The notes beneath the pieces were generated by a model that was not told where the DNA came from, did no database searches, and saw nothing but the letters and a program-made list of their open reading frames with translations. A stretch of DNA of 64,000 nucleotides from Pedosphaera sp. GTDB lineage: Bacteria; Verrucomicrobiota; Verrucomicrobiia; Limisphaerales; SXQI01. Position numbers and translations under genes: made by a program. The DNA is taken from contig JANYDC010000149.1 in NCBI GenBank assembly GCA_025359965.1, positions 23,616 to 87,615 of the forward strand, given 5' to 3'. This document shows, one piece after another, positions 20,010 to 32,603 of the stretch (the stretch's first letter is position 1; every line of letters begins with the position of its first letter).

Positions 20010-20215
20010 GTTCCCACACCACACAACAACAGACCTCTGTATGTTTGCTACCATTCCCCAAACAGCAGAGGACATACCAACTATCGACATCATTTGATCG
20101 AACTTTATTCGGACCTGGAAAAAAGCGAATTCGGCCCATTTTCAGTGAAACCAACTCCAAATCAAAACTCTGAATCATATGGACGATCCGCTCCCAAGCG
20201 GTATTTTCACACTAA

Positions 20216-23200
20216 ATGCGTGAATTTTTAACAACAACGCTCGCACTCGGGCTCACACTGGCCTTGGGAATGGTTGCACCCGTTGCCGACGAGGGCGTTG
20301 TAAATCTCGCTCAAGCAGCGGCAGCCGCAGTAAGACTGGACCTGTCTCCCGACGGTGCTACGGCAGCTTTGAAAAAACTTCATCCCGCTCCTGGACTCAA
20401 CGTCAGCCTTTGGGCCTCGGAACCTCTGATTGCCAATCCCGTCAGCTTCGTTTTTGATGAAAAAGGCCGCGCATATGTCGTGGAGACACATCGCAGGCGA
20501 ACTTCAGTTCTCGACATCCGCAACCACAGCAATTGGTTGGAGGATGATCTTTCCTTTCGGACCGTATCGGATCGAAGCAACTACTTCCGCAAGGTTCTGA
20601 CCGCAGCAACCAACGGGCTGCCAGAGAAATTCCGTAAAGACCTCAATAAAGATGGCGTGTTTGATTGGCACGATTTCGAGGTGGAATCCGAGGCCATCCG
20701 CCTGCTTGAGGACAGCGCTGGGACAGGACGCGCGGACAAGGCCACTACTTACGCCGACGACTTTTCGACTTTGGTCTCCGGAGTGGCAGCCGGAATTCTC
20801 ACGAGGCATGGCGAAGTTTGGTTCACCTGCATCCCGGACTTGTGGCATCTGAATGATTCGGACCACGACGGCAAAGCAGATTCAAGAGATCGCCTTCAGC
20901 ACGGTTTTGGCGTCCATATAGCGTTCGGCGGCCATGATATGCACGGACTTGCCTGGGGGCCCGACGGACGCCTCTACTTCAGCATCGCTGATCGCGGCCT
21001 TGACGTGACCACTCCAGAAGGCCACTTAAGCAATCCTGATTCCGGAGCGGTGCTGCGGTGCTGGCCGGATGGACACGGCTTGGAACTTTACGCCACTGGG
21101 TTGAGGAACCCACAAGAACTGGCCTTCGATCAATTCGGGAACCTGTGGACGGGCGATAACAACGCCGATGGGGGCGATAAAGCGCGATGGGTGCAGGTTG
21201 TAGAGGGCGGGGACAGCGGCTGGCGCATTGGCTGGCAGCATTTGCCCAAACTGGGCGCATGGAACTCTGAGCAGTTGTGGCACCTTGCACCCACTAACAC
21301 GGCAGCCTATTTGATACCTCCCATAGCACACGTCGGCCACGGCCCCGCTGGCATCGCCTTTTACCCAGGCACAGGTCTGCCGATTCAATACCAAAATCAT
21401 TTTTTGATGTGTGATTTTCCCGGCGGAGTTCTTTCGTTCTCCCTTCAACCCTCCGGTGCCAGCTATACCCTGTCCGATCTACAACCCTTCCTTCAAGAAC
21501 TCTACCCGGTGGATGTGGCCTTCGGAGTCGATGGTGGAGCTTATGTTTTGGACTGGGTGGAGGGTTGGGAAAAAACCGGACGCGGGAGAATTTTTCATGT
21601 CGCTGATCAGTCCAACCTTCTCAGCCCGGCTGTGGCCGAGGTGAAATCCTTGCTCCGCGAAGGAATGGCAAAGCTGAGTGTGAATCACCTAATCACTCTA
21701 CTGGGACATGCAGACCAACGCGTCAGGCAAGAGGCCCAGTTTACCCTGGCTGAGAAGGGTGCCTCCGTGGCTAACGCTCTGGTAAAGACAGTCGCCAAGA
21801 CTCCAGCGTGGAATCTGCAAAGCGTCCACGCTCTTTGGGCGCTGGGACAAATCGCCCGGACAGCCACTAATATTCAGAGCTCCATTCTGACATTGGCTGG
21901 AACAGTTATCGACCCAGAGTTGCGTGGGCAGATTTTCAAAATCGGCGCTGATCTTCGCCTGGATTTCGGCGGTTCTGTTTTACGAACAGCGCTCAGTGAT
22001 CCCTCGGCACGGCTGCGATTTTACGCGGCTTATGCCGCAGGTGTTTCCATCGACCCAGACGCGGCCAGTCTTCTGATTGAGTTCTTGCGCCGCAACGAAA
22101 ACAATGACGCCTTTCTGCGACACGCGGCGGTTATGGCCCTCGTCCGCCTAAAACCAACGACTGAGTTGGTGGACGCCTCTGACGACACCAATCGACTGGT
22201 CCGGCTGGGTGCAGTCTTGGTTTTGCGTCGGCTTGCAGACCCTTCCATTGCCAAATATCTCACTGATCCCGATTCTCAAATCCAATTGGAGGCGGCCCGT
22301 GCCATTTATGAAGTACCCATTGATGCGGCCAGCTCAAGCCTGGCCGCCCTGGCCGACAAACCCCAACTCGCCGAGAGACTACAAAGGCGAGCGTTGGCGG
22401 CGGCGTTTCGCAAGGGCGAGATCGGCCAGGCCCTTCAACTAGCCGAGGCTGCAGGCCAAATCCAGCGAACTCCGGGCATCCGCGCCGAAGCTCTCAACTG
22501 GCTTGGAAGCTGGGAGACACCAGGAAATCTTGATCCCATTACCGGTCTTTACCGCCCCCTGCCTAAAAGAGAACCCCGCAGTGCGCGCCTCGCGCTGCAA
22601 AGTGTCTGGCCTGGCCTGCAGCTTACCAATGAGATCGTTGGAGTTGCCGCCATCGCGGCAGCTGAGAAACTGGAACTGAGCACAATTGGAACCTCGCTGG
22701 CCATGCTTGTCCGCAACACCAATTGTCCTTCCAAAGTCCGCGTCGCCAGCCTCCAGCTTTTGGCGTTGAGGAAACTTCCGGAGCTTGCCCCAGCCATCGC
22801 CTCATCAAAAAGCGCGCCTGACCAAGGGCTTCAGGAACTTGCTTTGATGCTTGATTCAGGCATCGATGAAACGACCCCCACATTGAAATTGGCAGAGTTT
22901 CTGCAACAGGAAAACCCATCTAAACAACGCGTCATCTTAAATTTGCTGGGCCGCAGGAGCGATTCCACATCCGATCAGGCACTGAACAACGCCCTCAGCC
23001 TGCTCGCGACGGGAAAACTGCCGCGCTCCCTTGAGCTGGATGTGTTGGAGGCGTCACTGACACACACCCCTGGTCAGGCCAAATCCGCTGCCATCGCCTG
23101 GAGGAAAACCTTTGGAACCGCCACTTCCACCAATAGCTATGGTGATTGCCTTGACGGAGGCAACGCCGAGCTTGGTGGACAGCTTTTCCTGCAACGTGCC

Positions 23201-23575
23201 GATTTGGGTTGCCTGCGGTGCCACCGTCACGGAACTGAAGGTGGAGAGCTCGGGCCGGACCTTTCCTTTGTGGGTTCGCGGCTCTCTCGCGCCGAAATAC
23301 TGGAATCGATTCTACTTCCAAACGCTCGAATTGCGCCTGGATTTGCCAGTGTAATCATTGAAACAAAGCATGGAAAAACCGTGGCCGGAACATTGAAAAA
23401 GGACACGGCTGAGGGCATGGAAGTACTTTCACCCGAGGATGGCCTCATAAAAATACCGGCTGCAGAGATTGCGAGGAGAATCGAAGGTGTATCTGCGATG
23501 CCCGCTGAATTGGTTCAACTAATGTCGCGAAGAGACCTGCGTGATTTGGTGGAGTTTCTCGCCACCAGCAGGTAG
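20216..23575 (+). CDS. PVC-type heme-binding CxxCH protein (dehydrogenase-like propeller N-domain, HEAT repeats, C-terminal cytochrome c domain)
   Basis: Signal peptide, then a propeller-like N-terminal region (GLAWGPDGRLYFS, GLRNPQELAFDQFGNLWTGDNN). Central HEAT-like repeats (RLVRLGAVLVLRRL...). C-terminal GGQLFLQRADLGCLRCHRHGTEGGELGPDLSFVG contains the heme c CxxCH motif. This matches the Pirellula/Verrucomicrobium-type heme-binding architecture as I remember it. Confidence 0.75.
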   Translation: MREFLTTTLALGLTLALGMVAPVADEGVVNLAQAAAAAVRLDLSPDGATAALKKLHPAPGLNVSLWASEPLIANPVSFVFDEKGRAYVVETHRRRTSVLDIRNHSNWLEDDLSFRTVSDRSNYFRKVLTAATNGLPEKFRKDLNKDGVFDWHDFEVESEAIRLLEDSAGTGRADKATTYADDFSTLVSGVAAGILTRHGEVWFTCIPDLWHLNDSDHDGKADSRDRLQHGFGVHIAFGGHDMHGLAWGPDGRLYFSIADRGLDVTTPEGHLSNPDSGAVLRCWPDGHGLELYATGLRNPQELAFDQFGNLWTGDNNADGGDKARWVQVVEGGDSGWRIGWQHLPKLGAWNSEQLWHLAPTNTAAYLIPPIAHVGHGPAGIAFYPGTGLPIQYQNHFLMCDFPGGVLSFSLQPSGASYTLSDLQPFLQELYPVDVAFGVDGGAYVLDWVEGWEKTGRGRIFHVADQSNLLSPAVAEVKSLLREGMAKLSVNHLITLLGHADQRVRQEAQFTLAEKGASVANALVKTVAKTPAWNLQSVHALWALGQIARTATNIQSSILTLAGTVIDPELRGQIFKIGADLRLDFGGSVLRTALSDPSARLRFYAAYAAGVSIDPDAASLLIEFLRRNENNDAFLRHAAVMALVRLKPTTELVDASDDTNRLVRLGAVLVLRRLADPSIAKYLTDPDSQIQLEAARAIYEVPIDAASSSLAALADKPQLAERLQRRALAAAFRKGEIGQALQLAEAAGQIQRTPGIRAEALNWLGSWETPGNLDPITGLYRPLPKREPRSARLALQSVWPGLQLTNEIVGVAAIAAAEKLELSTIGTSLAMLVRNTNCPSKVRVASLQLLALRKLPELAPAIASSKSAPDQGLQELALMLDSGIDETTPTLKLAEFLQQENPSKQRVILNLLGRRSDSTSDQALNNALSLLATGKLPRSLELDVLEASLTHTPGQAKSAAIAWRKTFGTATSTNSYGDCLDGGNAELGGQLFLQRADLGCLRCHRHGTEGGELGPDLSFVGSRLSRAEILESILLPNARIAPGFASVIIETKHGKTVAGTLKKDTAEGMEVLSPEDGLIKIPAAEIARRIEGVSAMPAELVQLMSRRDLRDLVEFLATSR

Positions 23576-23581
23576 GCCTGG

Positions 23582-26020
<2,439 letters not shown>

Positions 26021-26037
26021 GCGCAAAATGAGTTCGA

Positions 26038-29000
26038 TTAAATTTCCACTTGGTGCCTTAAAAAATCTGAAACGGAGCAAAACTCTCTTTCCAAAAGATT
26101 AAACTCATTTTCCAGCTTGGGCGCGGATTTCTCACGTGCGAACTGCACAATCCTGGCACAATTTTGAGCCAGCCTGCGCGCCCCCAAGTTTCCAGCACTG
26201 CCCATGATGCTGTGGGCGTTGGTCTCCACCAACATCAGATCGCGCGACAGCAGCCCGGAACGGATTCGATCAATTCTAGGAGGGGTGTCGTTCAGGAAAA
26301 GTCCAACCAGTTCGGCCAGCGGATCATCTTCTCCCATAATTCGAAGTGAACGAAGAGTCTCAATTGTCTGCGTGTCAAATCCGGTCAGATTGATGGAATG
26401 ATTCAACGTTGATTGCTGGTCCTCCATCCAGTCCAGTCCTCGTTGCAATGCGGCTCCCAATTCTTCGACCCTCACTGGCTTGCTGACATAGTCACTCATT
26501 CCAGCCGCCATACATTCATCCCGGTCTCCAGCCAGCGCATTGGCAGTCATTGCAATGATGTAATGCTTCTCCGCCGGAGGCAGATAAAGCCGGTGCTGCT
26601 CGCGGTTCCGAATCTGACGCGTGGCTTCGTACCCATCCATCTCCGGCATCTGGCAATCCATCAGCACAATTGGGTACGGATGTTGATCCAGAACTTTTAA
26701 CGCCTCCAATCCATTGCCGACAGCCTCCGCCGAGAATCCGAGTTTTTTCAACTGTCTCAATGCCACTTTCTGGTTCACACTATTATCCTCTGCTAGGAGA
26801 ATTCGTACCTCCCTCGCGTGCTCCAACAATTTGGGGGCAGGCTTCGCATGGCCTCCGCTCTCGAGGATTACTGCTTGAGAATTTCTGGAGCGGTTCCGCA
26901 ATACAAGCCCCATCGTCTCGATTAGCCGAGCATGCTTCACCGGCTTTTGTAGGTGCGCCTCGATGCCGGCCGCACGCCAGGTCGAATCGGGTTGCATGAA
27001 CCCAAGAGAAGTCAGCATGATCAGTCCGGTGTGCGCCAAAACCGGGTCGGCACGGATCATACGTGCCACTTGCAATCCGTCCGCGCCCGGCATCCTCATA
27101 TCCAGCAGGACCAAGTCCGCCGGTTGTCGTGCGTCCGCCATTTCTCGAAGAATTTTGAGGGCCTGCTCTCCGTCCGCTGCCAGTCGGTTCACCATCCCCC
27201 ACCCTGAAGTTTGCCTCTCCAGAATCGTGCGGTTAGCCGCGTTATCATCAACCACCAGAACTTTGACCCCTTTCAAATCACTCGCCGATGACGTCTCAAT
27301 TGACTCATTGACTACAGGCAGTGTCATCTCAAACCAGAATGTGGTGCCGACTCCCAGCCGACTTTCAAAGCCGATCCTCCCCCCCATCAATTGCACAAGT
27401 TGCCGACAAATCGCCAAACCCAGCCCAGTGCCACCGTACTTGCGCGTCATCGAACCGTCTGCCTGGGTAAATGCCTGAAAAATCCTCGACTGACTTTCCT
27501 CGGGAATACCGATTCCCGTATCAGTCACACAGAACCGAAGACAAGCATGTTTATCTTGAACACGCTCAAGCTTGATACTTACCACTACTTCGCCCGCATG
27601 CGTGAATTTCACTGCATTCGATACCAGGTTCAGCAGAACCTGCCGTATTCGACCAGGATCGCCCCTCAATGAAATGGGCACCTCCGGTTGTATCCATGCA
27701 GCCAGCTCGATCTCCTTGCTTTCCGCAGCCTCTGCGCTCAACTCGACGGTGCCTTCAATCAACTCACGCAAATCAAAATCCACCTCCTCGACAGTTAGCT
27801 TGCCGGCCTCGATTTTAGAAAAATCTAAAATATCATTGATGATGGTGAGCAATGCATCGGCGCTGTTGCGGATGGTCTGGGTAAAATCCCGCTGCTCCTC
27901 ATCAAGCTGCGTATCCAGCAGGATGCCGCTCATGCCAATCACCGCATTCATCGGCGTGCGAATCTCATGGCTCATATTGGCCAGGAACTCCGATTTCAGG
28001 CGGGACGACTCAAGCGCATGGTCCCTGGCGTTCGCCAACTCTCGCTCCGTTTGTTTAAGATTGCTGATATCCCGGGAGATGCCGAAGGTTCCCATCAGTT
28101 GGCCATGGATATAAAGTGGAACCTTGGTGGTCAGAACCCACTTTTCCCGACCGTCTAGCCAGGTTTCATGCTCCGTTTTATCCACAACAGCCTGGCCGCT
28201 CTTCATTATCCGCTGTTCATCCTCCATTGCATCACGCGCATGCACCGGATCAAAAAAGTCATAATCTGTCTTGCCGATTACCTCGGCGGCAGTGGCGGCA
28301 CCGATGCTCTTGGCCAAAGAATCGCTGATAATGACAAACCGGGAGTCCCTGTCCTTGAAATAAATATGGTCGGGGATGTTCTCCAACATCGCCCTCAATA
28401 AATCACGATCCTTCGCCAGTGCCTCCTGAGCCTTGAATCGTGCCGTCTCATCCCAGAAAATACCCTGCAAGCCCACGATCCGCCTCTCAGCATCATACAG
28501 CGGGGATTTAATCACATGCACATGCAGTGTCTCCCCATCTGAAGTCTGATGTTTCTCGATAGTATCCAGAACCCTTGCGGATTGAAGCACCCTCAAATCG
28601 TCCTCCCGGTACTTCTGTGCCAGTTCAGCCGGAAAAATAGCGCTATCAGTAAAACCAATGATTTCCGCAGTCGACCGCCCCACCGTGCGGCAAAAACGCT
28701 CATTGGCAAAAGTAAATTGCCCCTCCAGATTCTTGCGAAAAATGTTCTGCGGCAGATTCTCCACCAATGAATGAAAAAACGCGTCGGAATTGCGTAGCTT
28801 CTGCTCTGTTTCAGCGTTGCGTTGATTCAAATGGTTGAACCCCAACTCCAGAAGAAAGAAGCCACTCAATTGCCTGGCAAGCACTCTGAGGAGATCCAGC
28901 GTGGGCTCGCTCAGATGGCGCGGTTCCCAATCCATTACCGAAAGAGCCCCCATGATCGCTCCACTTGAGGACCATAATGGCACAGCGGCATGAAAACGGA

Positions 29001-29379
29001 TTTTTGGCCCACCTTTTACCCACGCGTGGTCGCTCCATCGCTCATGCAAGTCCAATGCCCGCGTTTGGACTGCCTCTCGGCCGCACGCCGCGTCGTAAGC
29101 TAGCCATTCCTTTCCATCTAATTCCTTGACACCCCAGCCTAAACACGCGCGGTTGGTCTGCTGTTCACCCTTGAATGTTGAAACCCATACCACAGGTGCC
29201 CCAGTTAGTGTCGAAGCCAATCGACACAACTCGGTTAAAGACTCGTCAAGGCGGAAACCCTTCATTCCGTCCAGACCGCTTAACTCATCAATTTGCAGTA
29301 TTTTCACAGCTTTTTTGGGCTTTCCCACCGCATGACTCATTGCATCAAAATCCCACTTTGACACAAATTCACAGTGCAC
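26038..29379 (-). CDS. Hybrid sensor histidine kinase (GAF-PAS-PAS-HisKA-HATPase-REC-REC-Hpt)
   Basis: GAF-like N-terminus and two PAS-like segments (FHSLVENLPQNIFRKN; LRAMLENIPDHIYFKD). H-box FLANMSHEIRTPMNA and ATPase motifs (DTGIGIP, GGTGLGLAIC). Two receivers (VLLDMRMPGADG; VLMDCQMPEMDG) and an Hpt (NAHSIMGSAGNLG). The start is uncertain: GTG at 29379 or ATG at 29340. Confidence 0.85.
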   Translation of the reverse strand: MHCEFVSKWDFDAMSHAVGKPKKAVKILQIDELSGLDGMKGFRLDESLTELCRLASTLTGAPVVWVSTFKGEQQTNRACLGWGVKELDGKEWLAYDAACGREAVQTRALDLHERWSDHAWVKGGPKIRFHAAVPLWSSSGAIMGALSVMDWEPRHLSEPTLDLLRVLARQLSGFFLLELGFNHLNQRNAETEQKLRNSDAFFHSLVENLPQNIFRKNLEGQFTFANERFCRTVGRSTAEIIGFTDSAIFPAELAQKYREDDLRVLQSARVLDTIEKHQTSDGETLHVHVIKSPLYDAERRIVGLQGIFWDETARFKAQEALAKDRDLLRAMLENIPDHIYFKDRDSRFVIISDSLAKSIGAATAAEVIGKTDYDFFDPVHARDAMEDEQRIMKSGQAVVDKTEHETWLDGREKWVLTTKVPLYIHGQLMGTFGISRDISNLKQTERELANARDHALESSRLKSEFLANMSHEIRTPMNAVIGMSGILLDTQLDEEQRDFTQTIRNSADALLTIINDILDFSKIEAGKLTVEEVDFDLRELIEGTVELSAEAAESKEIELAAWIQPEVPISLRGDPGRIRQVLLNLVSNAVKFTHAGEVVVSIKLERVQDKHACLRFCVTDTGIGIPEESQSRIFQAFTQADGSMTRKYGGTGLGLAICRQLVQLMGGRIGFESRLGVGTTFWFEMTLPVVNESIETSSASDLKGVKVLVVDDNAANRTILERQTSGWGMVNRLAADGEQALKILREMADARQPADLVLLDMRMPGADGLQVARMIRADPVLAHTGLIMLTSLGFMQPDSTWRAAGIEAHLQKPVKHARLIETMGLVLRNRSRNSQAVILESGGHAKPAPKLLEHAREVRILLAEDNSVNQKVALRQLKKLGFSAEAVGNGLEALKVLDQHPYPIVLMDCQMPEMDGYEATRQIRNREQHRLYLPPAEKHYIIAMTANALAGDRDECMAAGMSDYVSKPVRVEELGAALQRGLDWMEDQQSTLNHSINLTGFDTQTIETLRSLRIMGEDDPLAELVGLFLNDTPPRIDRIRSGLLSRDLMLVETNAHSIMGSAGNLGARRLAQNCARIVQFAREKSAPKLENEFNLLEREFCSVSDFLRHQVEI

Positions 29380-29502
29380 TCATTGTCATCGGACATATTT
29401 AACTCATTCTGAAGCAACGTTATCCAATCGGGTTTACCGCCCATGCCAACAGAACAATTCGGGAGTTTGGGGAACCATTAAATTGCCAAGTGTAAGCAAC
29501 AC

Positions 29503-29772
29503 ATGGATTTGGAACATTTACACACTACTTGCCCAGATGAAAGGAAGCCACCGGGAAAATGGCGCCTCCTTGCCATTCTTTGGATCGGTCCCTCCCTTGG
29601 CGCTCTGTGTATCATCGTCATGGGTGCCCCCCGCTGGATCGCTGCGGCCAAATCTGACACATGGTCTTTTCCTGTGGATCTGCTCCTTTCCTTGTGTCTC
29701 CTGATGCTGCATCTTTACTGGATGCACAAGGCGCGGATGGAAAGAACCTCCCACCGCGCGCCCAAGAACTGA
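29503..29772 (+). CDS. Possible small membrane protein (89 aa, two hydrophobic helices)
   Basis: Two TM-like stretches (WRLLAILWIGPSLGALCIIVMGA; VDLLLSLCLLMLHLYWM). Ends 9 nt before the FmdB-like gene. No recognisable family. Confidence 0.3.
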   Translation: MDLEHLHTTCPDERKPPGKWRLLAILWIGPSLGALCIIVMGAPRWIAAAKSDTWSFPVDLLLSLCLLMLHLYWMHKARMERTSHRAPKN

Positions 29773-29781
29773 CCGGAACCC

Positions 29782-30027
29782 ATGCCTCTTTACGAATACG
29801 AACTCTGTGAGGGAGACTGCAAAATCTGCCAGGGACATTTTACCTTAAACCGTCCTATCTCCCGCCCTCCGCTCACTCAATGCCCCCTTTGCCGTAAACC
29901 CGTCAAAAAGATCATTTCCAGCACCAACACCCCCAAACAAACCAAGCCTCTATCCATCTCTGACGCCAAAAAATCTGGATTCACCGTCTACAAAAAGACA
30001 AGCCAAGGCGAATACGAGCGCCAATAA
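29782..30027 (+). CDS. FmdB-family zinc-ribbon protein
   Basis: MPLYEYELCEGDC...CPLC: the characteristic MPxYEYxC start plus a second CxxC pair. Confidence 0.8.
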   Translation: MPLYEYELCEGDCKICQGHFTLNRPISRPPLTQCPLCRKPVKKIISSTNTPKQTKPLSISDAKKSGFTVYKKTSQGEYERQ

Positions 30028-30052
30028 ATTAAGGTTTTAAGGTAAGTTTCAG

Positions 30053-30083
30053 CCATAAGTGCGTGCAGGCTTGGTACTTATGG
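30053..30083. promoter_or_regulatory. 8-bp perfect inverted repeat upstream of the iron-uptake locus
   Basis: CCATAAGT (30053-30060) and ACTTATGG (30076-30083) with a 15-nt spacer, lying 26 nt after the FmdB stop and ~170 nt before the receptor start. No U-tract on either strand, so it is not a canonical terminator. Confidence 0.3.
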
Positions 30084-30255
30084 AAACACGCAACCAGACG
30101 AACAGCATTTACGCCGAGTAGCACGATACCGGCAATGAATAGCAATTGGACGAAAGCGGGCTTTTTCGTTCATAGGCAGACTATCACCGTTCAGATTGGT
30201 ATCCGTTGGGGTTGGCATGACGCCAAAAAGCGGATTCGTAATCGCAACGCACGAT

Positions 30256-32586
30256 ATGTCACAAAAAGAAGCGATCCGAGATTACTTGGCGGTCACAACC
30301 TTCATTATGGCCAACAGCTTGGCCTTGAGTGCTTACGGCGATCCTGCCGGTGCCCTTCCTGCTTTCCCGCCCGTTTCAACAAATGCTCCTGCAGGGGGAG
30401 GAACAAATACCACCAAACTCCCTGAAGTGGTGGTGGAAGGTCGCCAAGTCCCCGAATACAAACCCGAGAAGATTTCTTCGCCCAAATACACCGCTCCATT
30501 GCGTGACACTCCCCAAACCATCAATGTCGTTCCCCGCAAAGTAATCGAGGACCAAAATGCAACAACCTTGCGCGACGTGCTTCGCAACGTCCCTGGAATC
30601 AGTTTCCAAGCGGGAGAAGGTGGTGTTCCTGCGGGCGACCAACTTTCGATTCGTGGTTTCTCCGCTCGCACTGATTTGTTCGTCGATGGCGTGCGCGATG
30701 TGGGTGGATATACCCGCGATTCCTTTAACGTCGAACAAGTTGAAGTTTTCAAGGGCCCAAACTCGGTCTATTCCGGCCGTGGCTCAACAGGTGGCTCCGT
30801 CAACATGGTCACAAAAAACCCAAACCTTGACCCTTCATATTCTGCGACCTTGGGATATGGATCGGATGAATATTTCCGGGCAACGGCTGACCTGAACCAG
30901 CCCCTGCCGGAATTGAGCAAATTGGGGATCGAAGGTGCCGCTTTCCGCATCAATGGCCTTTATCATGATCAGGATTTTGCAGGACGCGATTACATCCACG
31001 ACAATCGTTGGGCCGTCAACCCTACCTTTACCATGGGATTGGGCTCAAACACGCGCCTAACCCTTCAGTATTCACACCTGCAGGAAAACAATCTTGCAGG
31101 CTACGGACTGCCTTTTGTTAGTTCTCATAACAATCCTTACGGTGGTTATTCCGCTCTCGGGAAAATCGCTCCATTGCCTTTTGATACATTTGTTGGACTG
31201 CACGACAGGGATCACGAGGACGTGCATAACGACATAGCCGGATTGCGATTGGAGCACGATTTTTCCGATTCGGTAAAGCTACAGAATCACTCTAGTTTTG
31301 GCAGAACGGACCGTGATTCCATTATTACCGCGCCCCGCATCATACCCAAACCAACCGCCGATCCAATCTATGGATTTGGAAATTCCGTGATCGGCAGTGA
31401 TGGAATTCTTTATGGTTTGAATCATGAATTGCAATCGAGAGATCAGGTAACTGATATTTTCGCGAACCAAACCGACTTCCGTACAGACTTTGATACGGGA
31501 ATATTCGGGCATGCTCTGGTCACAAGCCTTGAGTTCAGCCATGAAACAGATCTAAATTACATCCGTTCTGCAACGGTGGGCACAGCGTTTCCGTATGCAG
31601 CCGAACTGGGCAATCCATTCGATCCCAATTCATCCGATCCTTTCCATCCAGTTTCACGGACAGGTGCTAAAAATCAAACCGTTCAGGACACTGGAGGCAT
31701 TTCGGCATACGATACCATAAAAATCACGGAGCAATGGTTCTTTAATCTGGGAGTGCGGGGAGACATTACCTCGACCACACTAAACTTGAGAGAGGTTAAC
31801 GGCGCAACGACCAAGTTTGATCGTTCCGACTCAGATGTTACTTGGCGTTCGGGTCTCGTTTACAAACCCGTGCCCAACGGAAGCATTTATTTTGGGTACG
31901 GCACATCTTTTAATCCCACTATCGACGGTCTCACCCTGAATCAGGCAACAGTAAATACAAATCTCCAGTCCTCGTTTCCGTTGGATCCCGAGAAAGGGCA
32001 AAGCTTTGAATTGGGAACAAAATGGGATGTCTTAAATCAGCGGCTCTCCCTAAGCGGAGCGCTGTTTCGTTCACACAAAGAAAACTTCCGCAGCACCGAC
32101 CCAGTAACACAAATCGTTTCCAATGTGGGTGACGTGCGCGTACAAGGAATTGAATTGGGCGTGTCCGGAAAACTGAATGATAAATGGAATGTTTCCGGTG
32201 GATACGCTTTTATGGAGAGCGACATTCTAAAGTCTATCAACCTCACTTATGACGGCGTGTCTCTGTCTCAAACCGGTCATCAGTTAAGCAACACCCCCAG
32301 GAACACCGCTAGCCTTAGCACCACCTACGAGCTTCCCAAGCGAATTACCATTGGCACCAGCGGGTACTTTGTTGACAAAAGGTATTCCAACAACCTGGAA
32401 ACGCAATCAGCACCAAGCTATGCTCTTCAAGACGTGTTTTTGTCGTGGAACGCCAACAAGTACTTGGACCTTCGCTTGAACGTGTCGAACATCTGGGATA
32501 AGGACTATCTTGACCGAGTGGGCGGCGGGCATGCAATTCCTGGAACAGGTCGGACGGTGATCCTGACCGCCTCTTTAAAGTACTGA
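30256..32586 (+). CDS. TonB-dependent siderophore receptor (Fiu/PiuA-like, catecholate type)
   Basis: Signal peptide, TonB-box-like LPEVVVEG and plug motifs ([57 protein letters not shown]). A long beta-barrel with a C-terminal aromatic residue. Followed by a PiuC/YbiX homologue, as in fiu-ybiX and piuA-piuC. Start set at ATG 30256. Confidence 0.85.
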   Translation: MSQKEAIRDYLAVTTFIMANSLALSAYGDPAGALPAFPPVSTNAPAGGGTNTTKLPEVVVEGRQVPEYKPEKISSPKYTAPLRDTPQTINVVPRKVIEDQNATTLRDVLRNVPGISFQAGEGGVPAGDQLSIRGFSARTDLFVDGVRDVGGYTRDSFNVEQVEVFKGPNSVYSGRGSTGGSVNMVTKNPNLDPSYSATLGYGSDEYFRATADLNQPLPELSKLGIEGAAFRINGLYHDQDFAGRDYIHDNRWAVNPTFTMGLGSNTRLTLQYSHLQENNLAGYGLPFVSSHNNPYGGYSALGKIAPLPFDTFVGLHDRDHEDVHNDIAGLRLEHDFSDSVKLQNHSSFGRTDRDSIITAPRIIPKPTADPIYGFGNSVIGSDGILYGLNHELQSRDQVTDIFANQTDFRTDFDTGIFGHALVTSLEFSHETDLNYIRSATVGTAFPYAAELGNPFDPNSSDPFHPVSRTGAKNQTVQDTGGISAYDTIKITEQWFFNLGVRGDITSTTLNLREVNGATTKFDRSDSDVTWRSGLVYKPVPNGSIYFGYGTSFNPTIDGLTLNQATVNTNLQSSFPLDPEKGQSFELGTKWDVLNQRLSLSGALFRSHKENFRSTDPVTQIVSNVGDVRVQGIELGVSGKLNDKWNVSGGYAFMESDILKSINLTYDGVSLSQTGHQLSNTPRNTASLSTTYELPKRITIGTSGYFVDKRYSNNLETQSAPSYALQDVFLSWNANKYLDLRLNVSNIWDKDYLDRVGGGHAIPGTGRTVILTASLKY

Positions 32587-32603
32587 GGGAAGAAAGAAAA
32601 CTC

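Noticed and set aside
19930-20178. N-terminal extensions proposed by the ORF track: 20178 for the AsnC-like gene, 44198 for the MntR-like gene, 11950 for the transglutaminase, 7227 for the small lipoprotein and 59718 for the radical SAM gene.
   Set aside because: The extensions have non-protein-like composition and overlap upstream genes or structured non-coding elements. Internal starts give canonical N-termini (signal peptide, ATGA coupling, or an RBS-preceded GTG).
30131-30149. A Fur-box candidate, GGCAATGAATAGCAATTGG, upstream of the TonB-dependent receptor.
   Set aside because: Only about 10 of 19 positions match the classical GATAATGATAATCATTATC consensus when aligned by eye. That is too weak to call, and the Fur motif of this lineage is unknown to me.
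30256-32586. Lower GC in the receptor gene (about 45-53% in the sampled lines) than in its neighbours (about 57-65%), as a hint of horizontal transfer.
   Set aside because: Outer-membrane barrels are rich in Asn/Tyr/Thr/Ser/Phe codons, which lowers GC by itself. There are no flanking mobility genes or repeats, and I cannot compute codon statistics here.
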